A stretch of 34,955 nucleotides of DNA from Roseburia sp. (GTDB lineage Bacteria > Bacillota > Clostridia > Lachnospirales > Lachnospiraceae), in assembly GCA_050873725.1 (NCBI GenBank), contig JBNMJI010000001.1, positions 1-34,955 of the forward strand, read 5' to 3'. A program made the translations under genes and the position numbers. Of this stretch, positions 22,290 through 30,563 are shown piece by piece. The notes beneath the pieces were generated by a model that did no database searches, had not been told where the DNA came from, and saw only the letters and a program-made list of their open reading frames with translations. Each line of letters begins with the position of its first letter. Position 1 is the stretch's first letter.

Positions 22290-22318
22290 GAAAGCTGCGT
22301 TAGAAACAGCATTTCTTT
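22290..22318 (+). terminator. Probable terminator after aspA
   Basis: Imperfect gaaa-gctg...cagc-atttc stem with a T-rich tail. Confidence 0.45.
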
Positions 22319-22467
22319 ATAAATAATAACAGCAGTATAATATGAAAATATGAACGAAAAACAGCACATCAGATGATAAATATAAAATGATGTGTTATAC
22401 TACTCCCGTAAAGAAATACAAGAGGAAAAGAGAGAATACAAAAGAGAAACGGGAAAGGAGAATCTTC

Positions 22468-23532
22468 ATGTTGAAATATTATACTGCTGTTATTTTTATC
22501 AGTATTGCAGCGATGCTTATTATTCAGATTTCTATCAGCAAGAGCTGGACTTTGGCAAAAAATGAAAAATGGCTGTTCCATATGCTTTTTTTGAGTATTG
22601 CAGTGGCAGCGTTCTGTGAATGGCTGGGGACGGTTCTGCAGGGAACAGGAAATTCTACCCGTATCATACATATTATTGTAAAAGCCATAGAGCTGTCTGT
22701 AGCACCTGCCATCAGTATCTTTATTGCAGCGGTTATTGATGAAAAAAGGGCGAAGCGGGCATTTGTTATTGTGGGAATTCATGCAGTGGTAGAGTGGCTG
22801 TCCGGCATTTTCGGATTTATCTATTATGTAGATAAAAACAGTAATTATATGCATGCAGATTTCTACTGGATTTACATTGCAGCATATATTACAACGATTT
22901 TATATACACTTGGTATCATTTGCTGGAATGCAAGACGGTATCAGAGTAATGGAACCTTTTATTTTATGATGATTGTAGTGCTTATGCTTGGGGGAATCAT
23001 AACGCAGCTGATAGACAGCAGTCTGAAAGTAGATTATGTGACACTGGCGGTAGCATCACTGATGGTTTACATTTTTAATCTGGAAACAATACAGCAGATG
23101 GATCAGGTTACGGAACTGATTAACCGGAGAGGTTATGAAAATTATATTTCTCATATTGATGAATCCTGTATCATTATCTTTTTTGATATAGACCAGTTTA
23201 AGAAAGCAAATGATACTTACGGTCATGCATTTGGAGATGACTGCATCCGGGATACCGGAAGAGCGATTAAGAAGGTCTATGGAAGATATGGCAGGTGTTT
23301 CCGATATGGCGGAGATGAGTTCTGTGTTGTATTGACAAAGCATCTTTCTGAGTTAGAGCAGTTGAATGGAAAATTTATTGCAATGATGGAGTCAATAAAA
23401 GAAACGGAGGAAAGGATGACATCCGTTTCTATTGGTTATGCTCATTTTGATCCAAAAGGTGATGATATTCAGCATACCATAGAGAAAGCAGATCAGATGA
23501 TGTACCGGTATAAAGAGGCAAACCGGGGTTAG
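22468..23532 (+). CDS. Membrane-bound diguanylate cyclase (multi-TM sensor plus GGDEF)
   Basis: DIDQFKKANDTYGHAFGD, RYGGDEF, ADQMMY; ATG 22468 follows GAAAGGAG. Confidence 0.93.
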   Translation: MLKYYTAVIFISIAAMLIIQISISKSWTLAKNEKWLFHMLFLSIAVAAFCEWLGTVLQGTGNSTRIIHIIVKAIELSVAPAISIFIAAVIDEKRAKRAFVIVGIHAVVEWLSGIFGFIYYVDKNSNYMHADFYWIYIAAYITTILYTLGIICWNARRYQSNGTFYFMMIVVLMLGGIITQLIDSSLKVDYVTLAVASLMVYIFNLETIQQMDQVTELINRRGYENYISHIDESCIIIFFDIDQFKKANDTYGHAFGDDCIRDTGRAIKKVYGRYGRCFRYGGDEFCVVLTKHLSELEQLNGKFIAMMESIKETEERMTSVSIGYAHFDPKGDDIQHTIEKADQMMYRYKEANRG

Positions 23533-23538
23533 GATTTA

Positions 23539-23567
23539 TTGAAAAAAACGGTAGATTATATTATGAT
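23539..23567 (+). promoter_or_regulatory. SigA-type promoter
   Basis: TTGAAA-17 nt-TATGAT upstream of the DUF362 gene. Confidence 0.6.
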
Positions 23568-23618
23568 ATGAAGTATAAAAAGTGTGTAAAAAACAAGTAA
23601 AAACAAGGAGGAAACCGT

Positions 23619-24728
23619 ATGGAAGCGTCCAAAGTATACTATACCAGTTTTAAGACCAGCGGCTCAGAAAATTTATTGCAGAAGCTGCGTCGTCTTTGCA
23701 TTACAGCGGGAATGAAAAATATTGATTTTGAAGACAAATATGCAGCAATCAAGATTCATTTTGGAGAATTGGGAAATCTCGCATTTTTGCGCCCGAATTA
23801 TGCCAAAGTAGTGGTGGATCTGGTAAAGGAATGCGGTGGAAAAGCATTTCTTACGGACTGCAATACCCTTTATGTAGGCAGCAGAAAGAATGCATTAGAC
23901 CACATGGATACCGCATACGAAAATGGATTTACACCATTTTCCACCGGATGTCATGTCATTATCGCAGATGGACTGAAAGGAACAGACGAAGCACTGGTCC
24001 CGGTAGACGGAGAATATGTGAAGGAAGCCAAAATCGGAAGAGCTGTAATGGATGCGGATGTATTTATTTCCCTGACGCATTTTAAAGGACATGAGGGAGC
24101 CGGATTTGGCGGGGCCTTAAAAAATATCGGAATGGGCTGTGGTTCCCGTGCCGGAAAAATGGAAATGCATTGTTCCGGCAAACCGGCAGTAGACCAGAGC
24201 CTGTGCGTAGGCTGCGGAGCCTGTGTAAGAATCTGTGCCCATGATGCACCACATGTGGCAGATGGCAAGGCAAGCATTGATGAAAATAAATGTGTGGGCT
24301 GTGGCAGATGTATCGGCGTATGCCCGAAGGATGCAGTCAATCCAACCAACTGGGATGCCTCCAATCTTTTGAATTACCGGATTGCAGAGTATTCCAAAGC
24401 AGTCTGCCAGAACCGTCCGTGTTTCCATATTTCGCTGGTATGTGACGTGTCACCGAACTGTGACTGCCATGCAGAAAATGATATTCCAATCATTCCGGAC
24501 GTAGGAATGTTTGCATCCTTCGACCCGGTAGCACTGGACATGGCTTGTGCGGATGCCTGCAATAAGCAACCGGTAGTACATGGCAGTGTATTGGAAGAAC
24601 AGATGCAGCATGTCCATGAGAAAGACCATTTCCATATGGTACACCCGGATACCAACTGGGAATCCTGCGTAGAGCATGCAGAGAAAATCGGGCTTGGAAC
24701 CCGCAACTATGAGTTAATCCAGATTTAA
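23619..24728 (+). CDS. DUF362-domain protein with two 4Fe-4S ferredoxin motifs
   Basis: AIKIHFGE, THFKGH, GGALKNIGMG, CVGCGACVRIC, CVGCGRCIGVCP, DPVALD. Confidence 0.9.
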   Translation: MEASKVYYTSFKTSGSENLLQKLRRLCITAGMKNIDFEDKYAAIKIHFGELGNLAFLRPNYAKVVVDLVKECGGKAFLTDCNTLYVGSRKNALDHMDTAYENGFTPFSTGCHVIIADGLKGTDEALVPVDGEYVKEAKIGRAVMDADVFISLTHFKGHEGAGFGGALKNIGMGCGSRAGKMEMHCSGKPAVDQSLCVGCGACVRICAHDAPHVADGKASIDENKCVGCGRCIGVCPKDAVNPTNWDASNLLNYRIAEYSKAVCQNRPCFHISLVCDVSPNCDCHAENDIPIIPDVGMFASFDPVALDMACADACNKQPVVHGSVLEEQMQHVHEKDHFHMVHPDTNWESCVEHAEKIGLGTRNYELIQI

Positions 24729-25118
24729 ATTATTTTGTTGCGGGAGTGATTAGAGGCAGGGTCATTTGGAGTCGGAGTGATTTCGCAACAGAGTTATTAT
24801 GGCGTGTGTTTAGCGGGATACTTCCGGCGGTTCGACTGCATATAGATACCATTTATGTAGTCAGTTAGGGACTCTTGGAATTTCGGCAGAAACTGGCAAC
24901 GCCGGCACAGGGAAGTGCCGGCGAGGCGCAGATGAACATGGATGTGAATTTGCGCTGGTTGCCATATTATATAGTAAGTATATCGAAATTCTTAGAGTCC
25001 CTTGCTGATGGAATGTAGGTATCTATAGCAGCCGGACAGACGGAGGTATCTGAGAAAATTCACCTGATAACCCAGTCAACAAAAAACTACCTCTAACCAC
25101 ACTCGCAATAAAAAATAA
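24729..25118 (+). repeat. Long-hairpin element copy 4 (core 24895-24963)
   Basis: Arms at about 24729-24885 and 24984-25118 (e.g. agggactct/agagtccct, tatagatacc/ggtatctata, ttagagg/cctctaa). Confidence 0.9.
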
Positions 25119-25137
25119 AATACAAAGGAGAACAAAT

Positions 25138-27087
25138 ATGAGGGGACAAAAAATAAGAGCAAAGCTACAGGCATTATTACTGGCAGCATGCATGGGGGTA
25201 TGCAGTCTGCAGGTAACAACAGCATCTGCGGCAGAAGAGCAGAAGAAATCGGTGGATATCGTATTTACCCACGATACCCATTCCCATTTGAACAGCTTCC
25301 GTACGGTAGTAGATGGGGAAAGTGTGGAAGCAGGCGGATTTGCGAGAATCAAAACGGTAATCGATGAGAAGAAGGAAGAAAACCCGGATACGCTGGTGGT
25401 GGATGGCGGAGATTTTTCCATGGGAACGCTGTTCCAGACCGTTTATGAAGAAGAGGCATCGGAGCTTCGGATGTTGGGCTATCTTGGTTATGATGCAACA
25501 ACCTTCGGAAACCATGAATTTGATTATCGAAGCAAGGGCTTAGCACAGATGCTTGACACAGCGGCATCCAGTGGTGATACAGTGCCGTCTCTGCTGGTCT
25601 GTAACATTGACTGGTCAGAGATGAATGATGAGAGACAGCTTTTAAAAGATGCTTTTGATAACTATGGCGTAAAGGATTATGAAGTCATCGAAAAGGGCGG
25701 TGTAAAAATTGCATTGCTTGGAGTATTCGGTAAGGATTCTCTTTCCTGCGCACCGACCTGCGCTCTTGAGTTTGAAGACCCAATTGAGGCAGTAAAGGAG
25801 ACCGTGGCAGACATAAAGGAAAAAGAAGATGTGGATATGATTGTCTGTCTTTCCCACAGTGGAACCAATGAAGACCCGAAGAAATCTGAGGATGAGCTTC
25901 TTGCCAAGGCAGTGCCGGAGCTGGATGTCATCATCAGCGGACATACCCATACCACATTAGAGGAGCCGATTATTGAAGGAAATACAGCTATTGTATCTGC
26001 CGGAGAATATGGCATTAATGTAGGAAGTATGCACCTTTCCCAGAATGCGGAAGGACGCTGGGAAGTAGAGGACTATAACCTGATTCCGATTCGCCCGGAT
26101 ATTGAAGCGGATGAGGCAACCCAGGAGAAGATAGATGCCTTTGAAGCCAATATTGATGATACCTATTTGAAGCAGTTTGGTTATACCGCTTCTGAAGTAT
26201 TGTGTGAAAATGATTATGAATTTGCATCTGTAGATGATTTGTATACAGATCATACGGAGCATAATCTGGGAGATATTATGGCGGATGCCTATATTTACGG
26301 GGCAACTCATACGAAAGATTATGATGGCGAAGAAATTGATGTGGCGGTTGTGCCAAGCGGAACCGTCCGTGATACCTATGTGCCGGGGGATGTTACGGTA
26401 ACGGATGTCTTTAACTCCTTTTCCCTTGGAATCGGGGCAGACGGCGTACCGGGTTATCCACTGATTAAGGTATATCTGACCGGAAAAGAATTAAAGACGG
26501 TAGCAGAGATTGATGCTTCCATTTCCGATTATATGACAACGGCAAGACTTTACTGCTCCGGACTGAATATGACCTACAACCCGAACCGTCTGATATTAAA
26601 CCGGGTAACAGACGTATATCTGACGAAGGATGATAAGAGAGAAGAAATTGAGGATGACAAATTATACTGTGTGGTATCCGATCTTTACAGCGGCCAGATG
26701 CTCAGTGCAGTAACGGATATGTCATACGGACTGCTTTCCATTGTGCCAAAGTATGCAGATGGAAGCAAGGTAGAAAATTTTGAAGACTGCATCATTTACG
26801 ATGGTGACCAGGAATTAAAGGCATGGGTATCCATTGCCCGCTATATGGAATCCTTTGAAGAGGGAGAAAATGGCATTGCAGAGGTGCCGGAATATTACAA
26901 TGAACTTCATGACCGCAAGGTGGTAGACGATGATAAGAGCCTTGGCGCAAGACTGAAAAATCCGAATAAATATGCGGCAATGATTGTGGGCGTTATTCTT
27001 GTGGCACTCCTTATTCTGATTCTGATCATCGTACTGATTGTAAAAGTCGTACGCCGCATCCGCAGAAGAAAATTGAAAAAAAGTTAA
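25138..27087 (+). CDS. Surface-anchored 5'-nucleotidase/metallophosphoesterase
   Basis: Signal peptide; THDTHS, DGGDF, GNHEFD, LSHSG, SGHTH; C-terminal TM with a basic tail. Confidence 0.93.
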   Translation: MRGQKIRAKLQALLLAACMGVCSLQVTTASAAEEQKKSVDIVFTHDTHSHLNSFRTVVDGESVEAGGFARIKTVIDEKKEENPDTLVVDGGDFSMGTLFQTVYEEEASELRMLGYLGYDATTFGNHEFDYRSKGLAQMLDTAASSGDTVPSLLVCNIDWSEMNDERQLLKDAFDNYGVKDYEVIEKGGVKIALLGVFGKDSLSCAPTCALEFEDPIEAVKETVADIKEKEDVDMIVCLSHSGTNEDPKKSEDELLAKAVPELDVIISGHTHTTLEEPIIEGNTAIVSAGEYGINVGSMHLSQNAEGRWEVEDYNLIPIRPDIEADEATQEKIDAFEANIDDTYLKQFGYTASEVLCENDYEFASVDDLYTDHTEHNLGDIMADAYIYGATHTKDYDGEEIDVAVVPSGTVRDTYVPGDVTVTDVFNSFSLGIGADGVPGYPLIKVYLTGKELKTVAEIDASISDYMTTARLYCSGLNMTYNPNRLILNRVTDVYLTKDDKREEIEDDKLYCVVSDLYSGQMLSAVTDMSYGLLSIVPKYADGSKVENFEDCIIYDGDQELKAWVSIARYMESFEEGENGIAEVPEYYNELHDRKVVDDDKSLGARLKNPNKYAAMIVGVILVALLILILIIVLIVKVVRRIRRRKLKKS

Positions 27088-27147
27088 CACATGAGTGGAA
27101 GTGTGGTATGCTATAGAACAGATGAAAAAGTTTGGAGTAGTTAGAAA

Positions 27148-28086
27148 GTGCGAGATAAATTTGACTTAAAAGAATTGACAAATGAAATACCTTTAGGAGA
27201 GTTTCTAAAATATGAGGAACCGCTTTTGGTATCAAGAACCAATGCGGTAAGCGGTAAATTGCTGCTGGCTTCGGAAATGTCAAGATTTGACACCATAGGC
27301 TATGACTGTGCGGCAGTCTGCATCAATGATATGTATGCCATGGGAGCAAAGCCGCTTCTCTTCTATGATAACATTTCCTGCGCCCGCCCGAAATTTGAAT
27401 ATATCCGGGATATGGAAGAGGGAATGGAAAATGGCTGCCGGCAGGGAAATGTGACCTATGCCGGAAGTGAGATTAAGGAGCTTTCCGATATTTTCTCTTA
27501 TGACCAGTATGATCTGGTAGGCTTTATTGCCGGAGTTGTGGAGAAAAAGAAGAAAATAGGAATAGCACCGGTGAAAGATGGAGATGTTATTATTGGACTT
27601 CCATCTAATGGACTTCATAACAACGGCTATGTGGCAGCCCGGAGAAAATTATATCTGACCAAGACCTCCATGGAAATTTATTATGAGTCTTTGGGAGCAA
27701 CTTTAGGAGATTTGCTTCTGGCACCGACCAGGATGTACCGGGAAGCGATGGAAGCATTATTAAACAGTAATATAGAAATCAAATCCTGCGTACAGGTAGC
27801 CCATGGTGGTATTGATAAGGCGGTACATAATCTGATGCATAATTCTACCGGTGCAGTGATTAAGCAGCGGGAAGAAGATATTCCGCCACTTTATGATATG
27901 CTGCATAAAGATGGAAATATCAGCAAAGAGCAGATGAGAAATATTTTCAATATGGGAATCGGAATGCTGATACTGGTGGCAGAAGAAGATACGGACAGAG
28001 TAGTAGAACTGTTAGAGACAGCAGGGGAAGAACCGGTGGAATTAGGTCTTGCAGAGACAGGCTCTGACATTGTACGATATATATAG
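27148..28086 (+). CDS. Degenerate PurM (AIR synthetase)-like protein
   Basis: TIGYDCAAVCIND..GAKPL, YDLVGF, GDVIIGLPSNGLHNNGY, FNMGIGM; short N-terminus and altered motifs; GTG start uncertain. Confidence 0.85.
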   Translation: MRDKFDLKELTNEIPLGEFLKYEEPLLVSRTNAVSGKLLLASEMSRFDTIGYDCAAVCINDMYAMGAKPLLFYDNISCARPKFEYIRDMEEGMENGCRQGNVTYAGSEIKELSDIFSYDQYDLVGFIAGVVEKKKKIGIAPVKDGDVIIGLPSNGLHNNGYVAARRKLYLTKTSMEIYYESLGATLGDLLLAPTRMYREAMEALLNSNIEIKSCVQVAHGGIDKAVHNLMHNSTGAVIKQREEDIPPLYDMLHKDGNISKEQMRNIFNMGIGMLILVAEEDTDRVVELLETAGEEPVELGLAETGSDIVRYI

Positions 28087-28107
28087 CCAAGGTGAAGGGA
28101 GAATATC

Positions 28108-28839
28108 ATGAGTACACAGGACAAACTGGAGCGGGTATTACGGGATATACATGTATTAATATCCAGAAGTGAACTTTATGACAATACCGGTGAGAAGATT
28201 ATAGTTGAGAAGAAGAAAATGTTTGAACATCTCAATCATCTGAATGCCTGTATTTACGAGATGATGGATGAATATGAAGTGACACAGCAGAGCAGGGATA
28301 AGGCAGAACGGGAGGCGCGGAAAAAAGGCGATGCCATGATTTTTAAAGCCAGCCGGAATGCTGAGGATGTCTATGCAGCAGCTGTGTTATATACGGATGA
28401 TGCACTTTAGCGAGCACAGCATATTATGCAGGATACGACAGATGCCCTTCAGGATATTCTGAAAAAAGCCCAGGATGATATGAAGACTCAGAAGGGGGTT
28501 ATCCGGGAGAACCAGTCAGAGCTTAAGAGCCAGCTTCAGGATATGGTGGATACGGAAAAATATCTGAAACTAATCGAAGAGCGTAACCACGAACTGGAAA
28601 AGAAACGTGAAAAGGAGAAGAAAGAGCCGAAGGAAGAAAAGAAATCTCCTTATCAGGCAATTAAACCGGAAATCCGGATTAATCCGGAATACTTTAAGAA
28701 AGCGGGAATTCCGTTAGAGGATGAGCAGCCGGAGGAAGAGGCGGCAGAAGGAAAGAAAGAGATTCCGGAAGTCACTGTGGATCTGGATGCAGAATATTTT
28801 AAGTGGAAAGCAAAAGAAAAAGATAACAAAAAGAAATAA
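28108..28839 (+). pseudogene. Coiled-coil hypothetical protein interrupted by an in-frame TAG at 28408-28410
   Basis: ORFs 28108-28410 and 28426-28839 share a frame (offset 318); the second has no RBS. Confidence 0.7.
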
Positions 28840-28845
28840 AATTGA

Positions 28846-28884
28846 GTGCAGAGGAATGGGGCTGACATTCTTCTGCACTTTTTT
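28846..28884 (+). terminator. Intrinsic terminator
   Basis: agtgcagaggaatg...cattcttctgcact followed by a T-run. Confidence 0.88.
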
Positions 28885-29058
28885 ACGCGGGTAGCGAGAA
28901 AAATCTGGGAGAAAAGAAACTGCCGGTGGCAGGTTCTGCAGAGCGTTACTAGTTTAAAGAATGCAAATATGCTACAATGAAAATGGTTAAACACTTTGGG
29001 GATGATGAAATAAAGGAACATGTAGAAATGAATCGCAGATATCTGCAGGAGAAAACAA

Positions 29059-30534
29059 ATGAAAAAAGGAAAAAGAATAATCGCAGAAACTTTGGCATTG
29101 GCAACGTTAACCGCAGCTTTAACCGGATGCAGCGTGAAGGGAAATAATACTGCAAATGTGAAACTTGACCCAAATAATCCGGTATCGCTTACCGTATGGC
29201 ATTATTACAATGGAACCCAGCAGTCAACTTTTGAAAAACTGGTGGAGGAATTTAATGCAACAGTTGGAAAAGAAGAAGGCATCTATGTAGAAGAATACAG
29301 CCTGGGTTCAGTTTCTGATCTGGAGAAAGCAATCAGCAGCTCCTTAAATGGAGAAGTAGGAGCCGGAGATTTGCCGGATATTTTTTCATCCTATGCAGAT
29401 ACTGCATATTCTGTACAGGCAGAAGGAAAACTTACGGATCTGACACAGTATTTTTCCGAAGAGGAATTGTCAGAATATGTGGATTCCTATATAGAAGAAG
29501 GATATTTTAACCAGGACGGAGCATTATATTTACTTCCGGTAGCAAAGTCCACAGAGATTATGATGATTAATAAGACAGACTGGGAGCCATTTGCAGAGGC
29601 AACCGGCAGCACATTGGAGGAATTGTATACAACAGAAGGTGTGACTGAGGTGGCACAGCGTTATTACGAGTGGACGGACAGTCAGACCCCGGATATTCCG
29701 GATGATGGAAAGGCATTCTATGGAAGAGATGCCATGGCAAATTATTTTGTCATCGGAATGCGGCAGATGGGAAAAGAAATATTTGAAGTAAAAGATGGAG
29801 AGGTAACAATCAATACCGATGAGGATATGATTCGCCGGTTATGGGATAATTATTATGTACCATATGTCAAAGGTTATTTTACAGCCTGTGGAAAATTCCG
29901 CTCGGATGATGTGAAAACAGGAGATATTATTGCTTATACCGGTTCAACTTCTTCTGCTTTTTATTTCCCTGATAAAGTAGAGGATGAGAATGGAAGCCAT
30001 GATATTGATGTTACCATGCAGCAGTCTCCGCTGATGGAAGGCGGCGAGAATTATCGTGTACAGCAGGGAGCCGGAATGGCAGTGACGAAGTCGGATGAGA
30101 AGCATGAGTACGCAGCCTGCGAATTCTTAAAATGGTTTACACAGAAGGAACAGAATCTCCGGTTTGCCTGTGATTCATCCTATATGCCGGTATTAAAAGA
30201 GTCAAATAAAATTGAGGCATTGGATGAAGTAATTGAAGAAAATAATATTGAAATGAATGATAAGACGTATGACTGCCTGAAAATAGTTATGAATGATTTT
30301 GATAAGACAACATTTTATACCACAAAGAATTTTAAAAATAGCTATAATCTGCGTCAGGTCTTGGAATTTAATTTATCTGACCGGGCTGAGGCAGACAGGG
30401 AGGCAATAAATGCAGCAGTTGCAGCAGGAGCATCCAGAGAGGAAGAGATAGCAAAATATACTTCAGATGAATCTTTTGAAAGCTGGTATACCGATTTCTG
30501 TGATACATTGAAACAGACAGCAGCGAGTAAATAA
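29059..30534 (+). CDS. Extracellular solute-binding lipoprotein (family 1, sugar type)
   Basis: Lipobox LTGC; LTVWHYY, LPDIF, LYLLPVAKS, AACEFLKWF. Confidence 0.9.
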   Translation: MKKGKRIIAETLALATLTAALTGCSVKGNNTANVKLDPNNPVSLTVWHYYNGTQQSTFEKLVEEFNATVGKEEGIYVEEYSLGSVSDLEKAISSSLNGEVGAGDLPDIFSSYADTAYSVQAEGKLTDLTQYFSEEELSEYVDSYIEEGYFNQDGALYLLPVAKSTEIMMINKTDWEPFAEATGSTLEELYTTEGVTEVAQRYYEWTDSQTPDIPDDGKAFYGRDAMANYFVIGMRQMGKEIFEVKDGEVTINTDEDMIRRLWDNYYVPYVKGYFTACGKFRSDDVKTGDIIAYTGSTSSAFYFPDKVEDENGSHDIDVTMQQSPLMEGGENYRVQQGAGMAVTKSDEKHEYAACEFLKWFTQKEQNLRFACDSSYMPVLKESNKIEALDEVIEENNIEMNDKTYDCLKIVMNDFDKTTFYTTKNFKNSYNLRQVLEFNLSDRAEADREAINAAVAAGASREEEIAKYTSDESFESWYTDFCDTLKQTAASK

Positions 30535-30563
30535 GAGGGTCACGGGAAAGCAGGTGGAAAGCC

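Noticed and set aside
24864-25007. Elements as integron attC sites (GTTAG resemblance)
   Set aside because: No GTTRRRY/RYYYAAC pair, no integrase, both orientations occur, and the flanking genes are housekeeping rather than cassettes.
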